Positions 32,061 to 42,825 of a stretch of 64,000 bases of DNA are shown here, one piece after another. The notes beneath the pieces were generated by a model. It did no database searches and was not told where the DNA came from. It saw nothing but the letters and a program-made list of their open reading frames with translations. The first letter of the stretch is position 1; each line of letters starts with the position of its first letter. Source of the stretch: a virus; IMG/VR virus record IMGVR_UViG_3300042907_001269, positions 22,908 through 86,907 of that record. The stretch is one strand, 5' to 3'. A program made the translations under genes and the position numbers.

Positions 32061-33243
32061 TCAATTTTTTTCACCGGAAGGAGACTTAGAGAATTATTTT
32101 GTAACCGAGTACTGGTTGATTGACCAGTATGTTGGTGATGCTTTGTGGGCTTGGGGTAGTGGACAATATGGAAAACTTGGAAACAATGCTGCAACCGATA
32201 GATCCACTCCAATTACCACATTTGCTGGAGGAACCAACTGGAAACAAGTGAGTGGTGGAGATGAGGGTACGGCAGCAATCAAGACCGATGGAACCTTATG
32301 GACTTGGGGTCTTGGAAATAGCCTATCACCTCTACTTGGAACTAATGATACAATCACTAGATCCACTCCAGTCACCACTTTTGCCGGAGGAATCAATTGG
32401 AAACAAGTGAGTTGTGATGGTCTTTATACAGCAGCAATTAAGACTGATGGAACTTTATGGACTTGGGGTAATGGGGGATTTGGACGACTTGGAACTAATG
32501 ATGGAACCAATAGATCCACTCCAGTCACCACCTTTGCCGGTGGAACCAACTGGAAACAAGTGAGTTGTGGAGAACTTCATGCCGCAGCAATCAAGACCGA
32601 TGGAACCTTATGGATTTGGGGTAATGGAGGTCAAGGACGACTTGGAAATGCAGTAACAACAGGTAGTATATCTACTCCAGTCACCACATTTGCCGGTGGA
32701 ACCAACTGGAAACAAGTGAGTGTTGGTAATCAATATACAGCAGCAATTAAAACTGATGGAACCTTATGGACTTGGGGTAGTGGAAGTTCTGGACAACTTG
32801 GAAATGCAACAACAACAAACACATCCACTCCAGTCACTACCTTTGCCGGTGGAAACAACTGGAAACAAGTGAGTGGTGGAAATGCTCATACAGCAGCAAT
32901 TAAGACCGATGGAACTTTATGGACTTGGGGTGGTGGAGATTCTGGACGACTTGGAAACGCATCAACAACCTTTAGATCCACTCCAGTCACCACATTTGCC
33001 GGTGGAACCAACTGGAAACAAGTAGATTGTGGTGATTCTCATACAGCAGCAATTAAGACCGATGGAACCTTATGGACTTGGGGTTTTGGAAGTTTTGGAA
33101 GACTTGGAGACAATACTACAACCAATAAACTCACTCCAGTCACCACCTTTGCCGGTGGAACCAACTGGAAACAAGTGAGTTCTGGAGGTGGTACTATATC
33201 AGCAGTCCAAGCAGGAACCTCAGCAGATCTCCCATTCTCATAA
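32053..33243 (+). CDS. RCC1-repeat beta-propeller protein 1
   Basis: About seven ~53-aa repeats WG.G..GRLG..T.RSTPVTTFAGGTNWKQVS.G..HTAAIKTDGTLW. Confidence 0.9.
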   Translation: MPNQFFSPEGDLENYFVTEYWLIDQYVGDALWAWGSGQYGKLGNNAATDRSTPITTFAGGTNWKQVSGGDEGTAAIKTDGTLWTWGLGNSLSPLLGTNDTITRSTPVTTFAGGINWKQVSCDGLYTAAIKTDGTLWTWGNGGFGRLGTNDGTNRSTPVTTFAGGTNWKQVSCGELHAAAIKTDGTLWIWGNGGQGRLGNAVTTGSISTPVTTFAGGTNWKQVSVGNQYTAAIKTDGTLWTWGSGSSGQLGNATTTNTSTPVTTFAGGNNWKQVSGGNAHTAAIKTDGTLWTWGGGDSGRLGNASTTFRSTPVTTFAGGTNWKQVDCGDSHTAAIKTDGTLWTWGFGSFGRLGDNTTTNKLTPVTTFAGGTNWKQVSSGGGTISAVQAGTSADLPFS

Positions 33244-33259
33244 ATACCTAAAAAGACCG

Positions 33260-33913
33260 ATGGAAATAGCACTTATTCATAACAACGCATTAGAACTTGG
33301 TCCTTTTGGAGCAAATGTTCGTTATATTAATGAAGAATTAGAAGAACTTGAAGTGGTAGAAAGAATATCAAATCAATCTTTTACTCAACTTCCTATTCAT
33401 TTTAGTGATGGACTTACTCATCTTGTTCCAACAGAAAGAGTAATTCCAGAGAATGACCCCAAGTATCATAATGTAGGAAACTTTTCTTGGGAAATTATTG
33501 AAGAAAATGGAGTTCCCACTAAAGTCCTATTAACATATCCAATTACCGATAAGACTTTAGAAGAAGTCAAAACACTTCGTAAGCAAGAAGTTGCCCCATA
33601 TAGAAGAGAAAAGGAAAATACTATACTCACACTTACAATAAATGGAACCGAGGTAGAAGTATCAACCTCAAGAGATGAGAGACTTCTATTAGCAAGTAAG
33701 TTAGCAGCATCTCCAGGTCCTCATAACTTTAAGTTCCAGAATACTTGGTTAGAGATTACCACAACAGAACTTCAATATATTCTCAATCAAATTGATATAA
33801 AAGTTCAAGAAGCATTTGATTGGGAATTAGCAAAACTTCAAGAGATTGATGCCTGTAATACGATTGATGATGTTTATGCTGTTGTGATTAGAGAACAACC
33901 ACAAACACCATAG
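33260..33913 (+). CDS. tail-fibre assembly chaperone-like protein (DUF4376-like)
   Basis: TLEEVKTLRKQEVA..R...VQEAFDWELAKLQEIDAC.TIDDV. The ATG at 33260 follows TAAATA at 33241. Confidence 0.65.
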   Translation: MEIALIHNNALELGPFGANVRYINEELEELEVVERISNQSFTQLPIHFSDGLTHLVPTERVIPENDPKYHNVGNFSWEIIEENGVPTKVLLTYPITDKTLEEVKTLRKQEVAPYRREKENTILTLTINGTEVEVSTSRDERLLLASKLAASPGPHNFKFQNTWLEITTTELQYILNQIDIKVQEAFDWELAKLQEIDACNTIDDVYAVVIREQPQTP

Positions 33914-33922
33914 TAAAGTAAA

Positions 33923-35149
33923 ATGAGTTCTTTAAGAGTTACAACCAATTTTAGGGATAGTAATAGTGTTGATTTAGGTACTAAGTTAATCACCAAAGAT
34001 TATTTGATGAGTGTTTATCCTGAGATTGGTCAACGGATTGGAATTCCTCCAGAACTTTGGACTTGGGGTGCTGGAGCTAATGCAAGACTTGGAAATGGAG
34101 CAACAACAGGGAATATATCCACTCCAGTTACTACTTCTGCCGGTGGAACCAACTGGAAACAAGTGAGTGCTGGTGGATCTCATACAGCAGCAATTAAGAC
34201 TGATGGAACCTTATGGACTTGGGGTTTAGGTGCTAGTGGACGACTTGGAAATGGAGTAACAACAGGTAATATATCCACTCCAGTCACCACCTTTGCCGGT
34301 GGAACCAACTGGAAACAAATAAGTTGTGGATACTCACATACAGCAGCAATTAAGACTGATGGAACCTTATGGACTTGGGGTTTTAGTGGTGATGGAAGAC
34401 TTGGAAACGCAGTAATAACAGGCAATATATCCACTCCAGTCACCACCTTTGCCGGTGGAACCAACTGGAAACAAGTTAGTACTACTTCCTTTTCTAACCA
34501 TACAGTAGCAATCAAAACTGATGGAACTTTATGGACTTGGGGATATAATGCTAATTTACAACTTGGTAATAATGCTACAGGTAATAGATCCACTCCAATC
34601 ACCACATTTGCCGGAGGAACCAACTGGAAACAAGTGAGTGGTGGAGGTTCTCATACGGCAGCAATCAAGACCGATGGAACTCTATGGACTTGGGGGGGAA
34701 CTACTGGATCACTTGGAAATGGTGTTGTCGGTAGTAGATCTACTCCAGTCACCACCTTTGCCGGAGGAACCAACTGGAAACAAGTGGCTGCTGGAGGTGC
34801 TCATACAGCAGCAATCAAAACTGATGGAACTTTATGGACTTGGGGATATAATGCTAATTTACAACTTGGTAATAATGCTACAGGTAATAGATCCACTCCA
34901 ATCACCACATTTGCCGGAGGAACTAACTGGAAACAAGTAACTTGTGGAACTAGTCATACATCGGCAATCAAGACCGATGGAACCTTATGGACTTGGGGTT
35001 CTGGAACTAATGGACAACTTGGAAACGCAACAATAACCAGCACATCCACTCCAGTCACCACCTTTGCCGGAGGAACCAACTGGAAACAAGTGGCTGCTGG
35101 AGGTGCTCATACAGCAGTAATAAAATCAGTAGACTTCGCAAGTTTCTAA
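33923..35149 (+). CDS. RCC1-repeat beta-propeller protein 2
   Basis: Same repeat consensus as 32053. Confidence 0.9.
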   Translation: MSSLRVTTNFRDSNSVDLGTKLITKDYLMSVYPEIGQRIGIPPELWTWGAGANARLGNGATTGNISTPVTTSAGGTNWKQVSAGGSHTAAIKTDGTLWTWGLGASGRLGNGVTTGNISTPVTTFAGGTNWKQISCGYSHTAAIKTDGTLWTWGFSGDGRLGNAVITGNISTPVTTFAGGTNWKQVSTTSFSNHTVAIKTDGTLWTWGYNANLQLGNNATGNRSTPITTFAGGTNWKQVSGGGSHTAAIKTDGTLWTWGGTTGSLGNGVVGSRSTPVTTFAGGTNWKQVAAGGAHTAAIKTDGTLWTWGYNANLQLGNNATGNRSTPITTFAGGTNWKQVTCGTSHTSAIKTDGTLWTWGSGTNGQLGNATITSTSTPVTTFAGGTNWKQVAAGGAHTAVIKSVDFASF

Positions 35150-35180
35150 TAAATACCTCAAGATACATTCAATATTCTTT

Positions 35181-36521
35181 ATGAACCCCCTTGAGTTGGT
35201 CACAAAAACACTGTATTCATTCAACGAAAAAGAACTCACAACACAAGTTCTTTCGGCATTTGGAAAGAGAGCAGAAACTTTTCAGCAATATGATGATGTA
35301 GCAAAGATTTTCTTTGAGATTAAAGATTTCTCAAATGCGATTACTTATGGCGAGAAAGCACTCAAACTCACAAAGACCAAAGAAGAAAAATATACAACAT
35401 CAAAAAATCTTATCAACGCATACAATCAAAATAACTATCCAGAAAAAGCAATCACTCAAATATCAAAAATCAAATCACAAAATCCTCAAGATACCGAACT
35501 TCTTTTAGAGGAAACATTTTCATATTCTGCTTTAGGTCAAAATAATAAAGCAGAGAAACTTTTATTTGATTTACTCAAAAAGAAACTGCCACCTGAGATA
35601 GAAAGAAAAGCATATCACAACTTATCGGGTCATTACTTCAGGAAGGATGATATTCGCACAGGACTTCAACACTTTCTCAAGGCAGGAGAAGTGGAAGCAT
35701 ATAAGAACCGACAACTTCCACCATTTCCAAAGTGGGACGGAACACCAGAGCCTGGAAGAACGATTATCATAGACAGTCAGTGTGGTGCTGGTGATGAGGT
35801 TATTCATATTCGTTTTATGAAGCACCTGAAAGAACTTGGTATGAAACCAATCTGGACTTCTACAAGAAAAGAACTGGTGAAACTCTTCAACTATAATGGG
35901 TTTCACTCTGTGTGTATCTACGATAAACCAGAGTTTCCAGAAGATGCCTGCTGGGTTTATGCTCTTGCTCTACCTTATTATCTCAATCTAAAAGTAGAAG
36001 ATTTGGGTCAAACTCCTTATCTAAACCCATTACCAGAAAAACAAAAGCAATACTCTTATCTACAAGAAGACCAAAACTATAAGATTGGAATGTTTTGGAA
36101 CTCTGGTTCTGGATTTGAGCAGGCACATTTTCGTTCTATTCAACCAGAACCTTTGTTTGATATTCTTTCTAAAACTCCAGCATCTTTATATTCCCTACAA
36201 CTACCAGACCAAGTACCACCAGAAGGTTATGATGTAAAGACTTTTGATATTCCAAATCGTGACTTTACGGATACATTTTCAATTGTATCTCAAATGGACT
36301 TGGTGATTACTTCGTGTACTTCTATTGCTCATATCGCAGCAGCACAAGGTAAGAAAGTTTGTGTGTTTGTGCCAATTATGGAATATTATGTATGGACAAG
36401 TTCAACAGGAAAGTCTTGGTGGTATGGTGATAATGTTCATCTCTTCAAGCAAAAGAAACCAAGAAACTGGGACGAACCTTTGAAGCAATTGGGAGAGTTT
36501 CTAAATGATAGAGGAATATAA
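35181..36521 (+). CDS. TPR + GT-B (GT9-like) glycosyltransferase
   Basis: Helical TPR N-terminus; KWDG..GAGDEV..IRF; DFTDT..MDLVITSCTSIAHIAAAQGK. TAAATA at 35150. Confidence 0.8.
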   Translation: MNPLELVTKTLYSFNEKELTTQVLSAFGKRAETFQQYDDVAKIFFEIKDFSNAITYGEKALKLTKTKEEKYTTSKNLINAYNQNNYPEKAITQISKIKSQNPQDTELLLEETFSYSALGQNNKAEKLLFDLLKKKLPPEIERKAYHNLSGHYFRKDDIRTGLQHFLKAGEVEAYKNRQLPPFPKWDGTPEPGRTIIIDSQCGAGDEVIHIRFMKHLKELGMKPIWTSTRKELVKLFNYNGFHSVCIYDKPEFPEDACWVYALALPYYLNLKVEDLGQTPYLNPLPEKQKQYSYLQEDQNYKIGMFWNSGSGFEQAHFRSIQPEPLFDILSKTPASLYSLQLPDQVPPEGYDVKTFDIPNRDFTDTFSIVSQMDLVITSCTSIAHIAAAQGKKVCVFVPIMEYYVWTSSTGKSWWYGDNVHLFKQKKPRNWDEPLKQLGEFLNDRGI

Positions 36522-36963
36522 CTTATCCTTTCTCAATCTAAATACGATTAAGAACACACTTTTACAGATAGAAGCAAGTTCTCACGGACTTGTCACTAAA
36601 GGGTTTTCCACTTATAATTATGGAATGCCTATTCTAATGTATCCAGAACTGACTGGATTGCGGAATATTTTCAAACAATATGTTAGATTATATTGTAATA
36701 AGTATGATATTCCTCCACTCAAGTTTATCAATAGTTGGTTCAATATCTCACAAGCAGGAAATAAACTCAAGGCACATAAGCACGAAGAAAGTATTGTAAG
36801 TGGAGCATTTTATATTTCTGGAAGCACTCCTTTGATATTTCCAGATACTTCAATTCATCCTTATCCAGGACTATTGGTTATCTTTTCAAGTGATTTGGTT
36901 CATTATACAGAAGAAGAAACTGAAGAACGAATTATTATTAGTTTTAACACGGATTACTTATGA
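36505..36963 (+). CDS. 2OG-Fe(II) oxygenase-like protein
   Basis: SWFN, AHKH, SGAFY, PGLLVIFSSDLVH and RIIISFN motifs. Confidence 0.8.
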   Translation: MIEEYNLSFLNLNTIKNTLLQIEASSHGLVTKGFSTYNYGMPILMYPELTGLRNIFKQYVRLYCNKYDIPPLKFINSWFNISQAGNKLKAHKHEESIVSGAFYISGSTPLIFPDTSIHPYPGLLVIFSSDLVHYTEEETEERIIISFNTDYL

Positions 36964-37745
36964 AATTTTTATTTTTAGTTGGTTCGGCACTCAAACACTT
37001 TCAAGAGAAAGATTTTAGTGCCTATGATGAGCAACAAAGATTTGAGCAAACCTTAGAAACGATTGAGTGTATTCGTAAGAAAGTTCATAATTCTTATGTG
37101 GTTTTATTTGAGTGTTCTTCTAAATCAATTGATGAAAACCAAAAAGATATTCTCAAAGAAAAAACGGATTTGTTTCTGGAGTTTTATGATGAACCAGTTC
37201 TCAAACAAATCTATGAAAATCTTGAGGCAAGACCAGAACTGATTACATACGGCAAATCACTATTAGAAACAAGAGGATTACTGAATACTCTTTATGTAAT
37301 ACAAAAGCATAATATTTTTAATGATAGTCAAAGAGTATTCAAATTGACTGGTAGATATTTACTGAATGATGATTTTGATATTCAAGATTATCAAAGTAAG
37401 TTCCTTGAGAATAAGTATGTAATTAAAAAGTATGACTACCTTTCACAAGAAATGGAAAACTATGAAAAAGAACTTGAGAATGTTTATGCTTATCTCTATG
37501 GAGCAAAGGGTATGATGATTACGGGTCTTTGGTCTTTTGATAGAATGTTATTTACTGATACTATAGAAGCACTTGAAAAAGCATTTACTTATATGGAAAA
37601 AATGATACAGTTTACTGCCGGAACTGATGTAGAACATTCACTTTATCGTTTTATCAATAAGAAGAATGTTATTGATATTCCTAATCTTGGTCTTACGATG
37701 GTCAAAGGAATGTCCGGTGAAAATGGTGGAGTGTATCATTCGTGA
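36960..37745 (+). CDS. hypothetical protein (possible glycan-modifying enzyme)
   Basis: QRFEQTLETI and RVFKLTGRY motifs; lies inside the transferase operon. Confidence 0.55.
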   Translation: MKFLFLVGSALKHFQEKDFSAYDEQQRFEQTLETIECIRKKVHNSYVVLFECSSKSIDENQKDILKEKTDLFLEFYDEPVLKQIYENLEARPELITYGKSLLETRGLLNTLYVIQKHNIFNDSQRVFKLTGRYLLNDDFDIQDYQSKFLENKYVIKKYDYLSQEMENYEKELENVYAYLYGAKGMMITGLWSFDRMLFTDTIEALEKAFTYMEKMIQFTAGTDVEHSLYRFINKKNVIDIPNLGLTMVKGMSGENGGVYHS

Positions 37746-38422
37746 AACTAGCAATCTTTTATCATATAGGACAAATGGGAATAGGTGCTTTCATTTACCA
37801 GCAACAATTACATAGATTATATGCTTCAGGATTACTTCAAAATGCTGATTATACTTATTTTAGTGTAAATGGAAGTCAAGAACTTTTTAATGTTCCTGAT
37901 AAAGTAATAGTTAAGTATAATAAGGAGGAAGATTGGGGAACTGAAAAAACCACCTTATTAGCACTTAATGATTTCTGTAAGAATAATCCAGATTATAAGG
38001 TTCTTTATTTTCATACCAAAGGAGCAACAAAGAATGAACTTTCGGTTCAATCTTGGAGATTAATGATGGAATATTTTGTGATTGATAAATGGAAGGAATG
38101 TATAAAGTATCTAGATACTTATACTTGTGTTGGTTCTCATTTGGGAACTATTGGGCCAAGTATTTGTGCCGATGGTTCTTTAATACCAAATGATAAGACT
38201 TATGCTTATATGGGAAATTTTTGGTGGGCAAATGCTTCCTATATTAATACAATCAAATCACGATACTTAAACTCTGAGTGTAGAATGGAAAAGGAAAGAT
38301 GGATTGGTGATAGTGATAGTTGCTATCCAAAGACTTTATATAATGATGTATTATTTGAAGAAAATCCTTTTGAGTTTAATAATTATAGTTATTATTTTAA
38401 GGAGGGTGATTATGTTTCGTGA
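37742..38422 (+). CDS. hypothetical protein (possible glycosyltransferase)
   Basis: VLYFHTKG, WRLMMEYF and YMGNFWWA motifs; operon context. Confidence 0.55.
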   Translation: MKLAIFYHIGQMGIGAFIYQQQLHRLYASGLLQNADYTYFSVNGSQELFNVPDKVIVKYNKEEDWGTEKTTLLALNDFCKNNPDYKVLYFHTKGATKNELSVQSWRLMMEYFVIDKWKECIKYLDTYTCVGSHLGTIGPSICADGSLIPNDKTYAYMGNFWWANASYINTIKSRYLNSECRMEKERWIGDSDSCYPKTLYNDVLFEENPFEFNNYSYYFKEGDYVS

Positions 38423-38765
38423 GTGTGGAGAATGTACTGCCTGCTGTTCTTGGTTGGTGGGCGATGCTTTTGGATGGAAGTTTGGGTGTAGTCAATCTTG
38501 TAGATTTCTAGAAGAAGGTGGTTGTGGAGTTCATAAGGCACGACCAGAAGTCTGTAGGAATTATCAGTGTGCTTGGTCTCAACATTTACTTCCAGAAGAA
38601 ATGAGACCTGATAAGTGTAATGTATTGGTCTCTGTAGAACAAAATGAGAACGGGCAGTATCTAAAGGCAGTTGGAATAAATAATAAAAAGATATCTGCTG
38701 ATGTAAAAGATTGGTTTATAAAGTGGGGAGAGAAAATGAATACTCCAATTATGATATCAGAGTAG
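38412..38765 (+). CDS. CxxCxxCC (YkgJ-like) Fe-S/Zn cysteine-cluster protein
   Basis: MFRECGECTACC...CRFL..GCGVHKARPEVCRNYQCAW. ATG at 38412 is preferred. Confidence 0.8.
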   Translation: MFRECGECTACCSWLVGDAFGWKFGCSQSCRFLEEGGCGVHKARPEVCRNYQCAWSQHLLPEEMRPDKCNVLVSVEQNENGQYLKAVGINNKKISADVKDWFIKWGEKMNTPIMISE

Positions 38766-38789
38766 TTTCCAAGTCTTTAGAGGTCCCTA

Positions 38790-39968
38790 ATGCCTACATT
38801 TTATAACTTTACGGAAAATGGAGTTGTCTATAGTTTTGATGATGTCTTTGTGCCTGCTGATTTGTTTCGTGATGGGAACTTATTCACTTGGGGTGCTGGA
38901 GGTACTGGAATACTTGGAAATGCAGCAACAACCGATAGATCCACTCCAGTCACCACATCTGCTGGAGGAACCAACTGGAAACAAGTCAGTGGTGGGGCCG
39001 CGCATACAGCAGCAATAAAAACCGATGGAACTTTATGGGTTTGGGGTTCGGGAACTTATGGAAGACTTGGAAATGCATCAACAACCAATAGATCCACTCC
39101 AGTCACCACATTTGCTGGAGGAACCAACTGGAAACAGGTAAGTGCTGGAAATGGTTTGACAGCAGCAATCAAGACCGATGGAACCTTATGGACTTGGGGT
39201 TATGGTGCTAATGGAAGACTTGGAAACGCAGCAACAACCGATAGATCCACTCCAGTCACCACATCTGCTGGAGGAACCAACTGGAAACAGGTAAGTGCTG
39301 GAAATGGTTTGACAGCAGCAATCAAGACCGATGGAACTTTATGGGTTTGGGGTAATAATGCTAGTGGACAACTTGGAAATGCTGGCACAACTAGTAGATC
39401 CACTCCAGTCACCACATTTGCTGGAGGAACCAACTGGAAACAAGTGAGTTCTGGATTTGAGTTTACAGCAGCAATCAAGACCGATGGAACTCTTTGGCTT
39501 TGGGGTAAAGGATCTAGTGGTCAACTTGGAAACAATAGTAATGGCGATATATCTACTCCAGTCACCACATTCGCTGGAGGAACCAACTGGAAACAAGTGG
39601 GTGCTGCTGGATACTCTCCAGCAGCAATCAAAACCGATGGAACTCTATGGGTTTGGGGGTTTTCTTTTAGTGGAAGACTTGGAACTGGTGAGCCGCCATT
39701 TACCACTAAATTCACACCAGTCACCACATTCGCTGGAGGAACCAATTGGAAACAAGTCAGTTCTGGATTTAATCACACAACAGCAATCAAGACCGATGGA
39801 ACCTTATGGACTTGGGGTTATGGTGCTAATGGAAGACTTGGAAACGCAGCAACAACTGATGTATCCACTCCAGTCACCACATTTGCCGGAGGAACCAACT
39901 GGAAACAAGTGAGTTCTGGAGATAGTGCTCATACAGCAGCACTCACCTACCAAGACCCAGGCATCTAA
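38790..39968 (+). CDS. RCC1-repeat beta-propeller protein 3
   Basis: Same repeat consensus as 32053. Confidence 0.9.
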   Translation: MPTFYNFTENGVVYSFDDVFVPADLFRDGNLFTWGAGGTGILGNAATTDRSTPVTTSAGGTNWKQVSGGAAHTAAIKTDGTLWVWGSGTYGRLGNASTTNRSTPVTTFAGGTNWKQVSAGNGLTAAIKTDGTLWTWGYGANGRLGNAATTDRSTPVTTSAGGTNWKQVSAGNGLTAAIKTDGTLWVWGNNASGQLGNAGTTSRSTPVTTFAGGTNWKQVSSGFEFTAAIKTDGTLWLWGKGSSGQLGNNSNGDISTPVTTFAGGTNWKQVGAAGYSPAAIKTDGTLWVWGFSFSGRLGTGEPPFTTKFTPVTTFAGGTNWKQVSSGFNHTTAIKTDGTLWTWGYGANGRLGNAATTDVSTPVTTFAGGTNWKQVSSGDSAHTAALTYQDPGI

Positions 39969-39991
39969 ATACTCATAACAATCAAAATATT

Positions 39992-40774
39992 ATGAAGACA
40001 TTATATTTTCTTGGAGGACTTCCAAGAAGTGGTTCTACATTATTAGGGTCTATACTCAATCAACATCCAGACATTTATGTATCACCAACATCTCCATTAG
40101 GTGATGTGGTGACTGATATTGAGCAATCATTCAATAAAGTAGACCAGCAGTTTACCTTTGACCGTAAAGCAATATCTTATAATGTCTACAAGGCAGTTCT
40201 TGCGAACTTTTATAATCATATTCCAAAGTCAACAATCCTAGACAAGCACAGATTTTGGGGTAAGAACCTTGATACGGTTCAAATGTTTCTTTCAAACAAA
40301 CCAAAGATTGTAGCAACTTATCGTTCTATTCCAGAAGTTCTTACATCTTATATCTCACTGATAGAAAGAACCAAGCACGAAGATAATTTTATTGATAATC
40401 ATTTGAGACGAGACAATCTTCCAATCACAAATAACAATCGTGCTGATTATATTTGGAGATATTATGTTGCTCCATCTTATGAGAGTATGGTATATGGTCT
40501 CACAAAGTATCCAGACTGGGTTCATCTGGTAGAATATAGTCAACTCATTTCTAATCCACAAGAAGAACTCAATAAGGTCTATGAGTTTTTAGAAGTTTCT
40601 CCTCAAGACAATAACTTCAATGAGATTGAGAATGCTTGTGGAGAACAGAAAGACGAAGCCTGGGGACTAAAAGACCTTCATACCATTCGTCCAAAGTTAT
40701 CTAAAATCTCACAAAATCCTATTGATATAATAGGAGAAGAAAATGTAAAACTATATTCCAAGTTTGATTTATGA
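39992..40774 (+). CDS. sulfotransferase (PAPS-dependent)
   Basis: 5'-PSB loop GLPRSGSTLLGSILNQHP, R....EVLTS, and VEYSQLISNP. TAAATA at 39966. Confidence 0.88.
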   Translation: MKTLYFLGGLPRSGSTLLGSILNQHPDIYVSPTSPLGDVVTDIEQSFNKVDQQFTFDRKAISYNVYKAVLANFYNHIPKSTILDKHRFWGKNLDTVQMFLSNKPKIVATYRSIPEVLTSYISLIERTKHEDNFIDNHLRRDNLPITNNNRADYIWRYYVAPSYESMVYGLTKYPDWVHLVEYSQLISNPQEELNKVYEFLEVSPQDNNFNEIENACGEQKDEAWGLKDLHTIRPKLSKISQNPIDIIGEENVKLYSKFDL

Positions 40775-41571
40775 AAACTCATTTGTTAGTTGTTCTTCAG
40801 TCTCATTCAAAAGGAAACCGAGATGATAGTCACGAAAGATATTGTGAAGCACCAAAGATAGAAGTATCATCAAGATGTATTTTTTCTGTAATTGATAGTC
40901 TTAACTATGCTCAAGAACAATATCCAGATTATGAAATAGAACTCCAAATTTTTGACGACCATTCAGACCAAGAGTTTCTAGATATTCTTCAAAGATTGAT
41001 TGATACGGCAAAGTTCAAAGTTAATTTGACCCATCTTGAAACTTATGGTATAATGCCTTCTATACTTCGTTGCTATGAACACGGCAGAGATTATGGAAAA
41101 GATTGGGTCTACTTTATTCAGGATGACTTTCTTCATCAACAAAACTCTGTTGAGTTGATGATAGATGCTATTAATCAGTTTAGTTGTAATCTAGGAAAAC
41201 CTGCGAGTATCTTTCCATTTAATAAACCAGCAGAGTATCACGATCCTCAAAATACTGCTGTTCCCTGTAATCTTGTTGTTGGGAAAGACCGTTACTGGAG
41301 AACCAACATTCATCCAGCAGTGACTTTGATGACCCATAGTAGTATTATAAAACTTCACTGGGACTTGTTTTATAAAATGGGAACAAGTGAAGTGAGTGAA
41401 ACGATGGAAATGGAGAGTATAGATAAAATCTATTATGAAAGAGGATATTATTGCTTTACTCCTATTCCCTCACTAGCACTTCATATGCAAACAGAATGGG
41501 ATAAGGATTTCTTCCTTGATTGGAAGTCTTGGTGGAACGAATACGATTTGGAGAAACTGAATGAAAATTAA
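40771..41571 (+). CDS. GT2-like (GT-A) glycosyltransferase
   Basis: IFDDHS, VYFIQDDFLH, PIPSLALH. Confidence 0.72.
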   Translation: MKTHLLVVLQSHSKGNRDDSHERYCEAPKIEVSSRCIFSVIDSLNYAQEQYPDYEIELQIFDDHSDQEFLDILQRLIDTAKFKVNLTHLETYGIMPSILRCYEHGRDYGKDWVYFIQDDFLHQQNSVELMIDAINQFSCNLGKPASIFPFNKPAEYHDPQNTAVPCNLVVGKDRYWRTNIHPAVTLMTHSSIIKLHWDLFYKMGTSEVSETMEMESIDKIYYERGYYCFTPIPSLALHMQTEWDKDFFLDWKSWWNEYDLEKLNEN

Positions 41572-42256
41572 TGTATATCTAAGGCACTGTTATTATTCTA
41601 AGATACAGGAAAGTCCGGGAAAACAAAGACCAGAATGGTGGGATAAGGAAAAGGTATTTCAAAACTTCAAGAACACTCTCAATCCAGAAACCACAAACTA
41701 TACACTCATTTACGATGAACACTATGGTAAGATAGAAGATACTTTCCTATCACAAGAAGAGAATGTTCATATTATAAATGCTGGTGGAGAAGCAAAGAGT
41801 TTTATTGAGACTTTGAAGTATATTCAAACTCAAAATCATTCAGCAGAAGATATCATTTATTTTCTTGAAGATGATTATGTTCATCGTCCAAACTGGGATA
41901 AGATTTTGATGGAAGGATTTGAACTTGGTGTTGATTATGTAACTCTTTATGACCACGGTGATAAGTATATGGAGTTTTATAGTGAGTTTAGAACCAAGGT
42001 CTTACACTCAAAATCATCTCACTGGATGGCAACTCCTTCCACCACAAATACTTTTGCTGTGAAGTTTTCAACTCTTATGAAGGACTTTTCGGTTCATCAT
42101 AAATATTCTACAGGAGTGGAACCATCAGCAGACCACCAAAAGTTTTTAGAATTAGCACAAAAGGGAAGAGTTCTTATATCTTCAATTCCCGGTTATTCTA
42201 CACACTGTCAAGCAGATTTATTATCTCCCTGTATTGATTGGAAAGAATTTTTATGA
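41561..42256 (+). CDS. GT-A-like glycosyltransferase
   Basis: IIYFLEDDYVH, YVTLYDH, IPGYSTH. Confidence 0.68.
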   Translation: MKINVYLRHCYYSKIQESPGKQRPEWWDKEKVFQNFKNTLNPETTNYTLIYDEHYGKIEDTFLSQEENVHIINAGGEAKSFIETLKYIQTQNHSAEDIIYFLEDDYVHRPNWDKILMEGFELGVDYVTLYDHGDKYMEFYSEFRTKVLHSKSSHWMATPSTTNTFAVKFSTLMKDFSVHHKYSTGVEPSADHQKFLELAQKGRVLISSIPGYSTHCQADLLSPCIDWKEFL

Positions 42257-42825
42257 AAGTGATGCAGATAGGGTCTAACAAAGGCGACGACCATCTATCA
42301 AAATATCTTAAAGACAACTATAAAGAATTAGATTTTGGTTTATTTGTAGAAGCAAATCCTCTTCATATTGGTAGTTTACTAAACTGCTATTCTTGTTATG
42401 AGAATGTTATTGTAGAGAATATTGCGATAAAAGTTCCATCATATCCTGATGATAAAGTAAAACTATATTATCATGAAAATGATGGTCCAATGTATCATGT
42501 TGCATCATTAGTTAAAGAACATATATTAGTGTATTATTTCCCAGAAGGATTAAGAAGTTTTGATATTCCTTGTATAACACTTGAACAATTATTTCACAAA
42601 TATGAGATTACAACATTAGATTGGTTACTTCTTGATATTGAAGGTATTGATGCTGAGATATTATTAACTACAGATTGGACTAAATACGATATTAACAAAA
42701 TAGAGTATGAGAAACTGCATTTAGGTTCTCACGAAAAAGAGATTGAAAATTTATTTAAACAACTTGGTTATGCTCAAGTTGAATCTCTTGATAAAAAATA
42801 CGATGTTGCTTGGGAAAAATTATGA
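42253..42825 (+). CDS. FkbM-family SAM methyltransferase
   Basis: MQIGSNKG, VEANP, ENIAI, LLDIEGIDAEIL. Confidence 0.82.
   Translation: MKVMQIGSNKGDDHLSKYLKDNYKELDFGLFVEANPLHIGSLLNCYSCYENVIVENIAIKVPSYPDDKVKLYYHENDGPMYHVASLVKEHILVYYFPEGLRSFDIPCITLEQLFHKYEITTLDWLLLDIEGIDAEILLTTDWTKYDINKIEYEKLHLGSHEKEIENLFKQLGYAQVESLDKKYDVAWEKL

Noticed and set aside
32053-39968. Diversity-generating retroelement (TR/VR pairs) or shufflon
   Set aside because: No reverse transcriptase or recombinase lies in the window, all copies are coding and in the same orientation, and the differences are not visibly adenine-specific. An RT elsewhere in the genome cannot be excluded.
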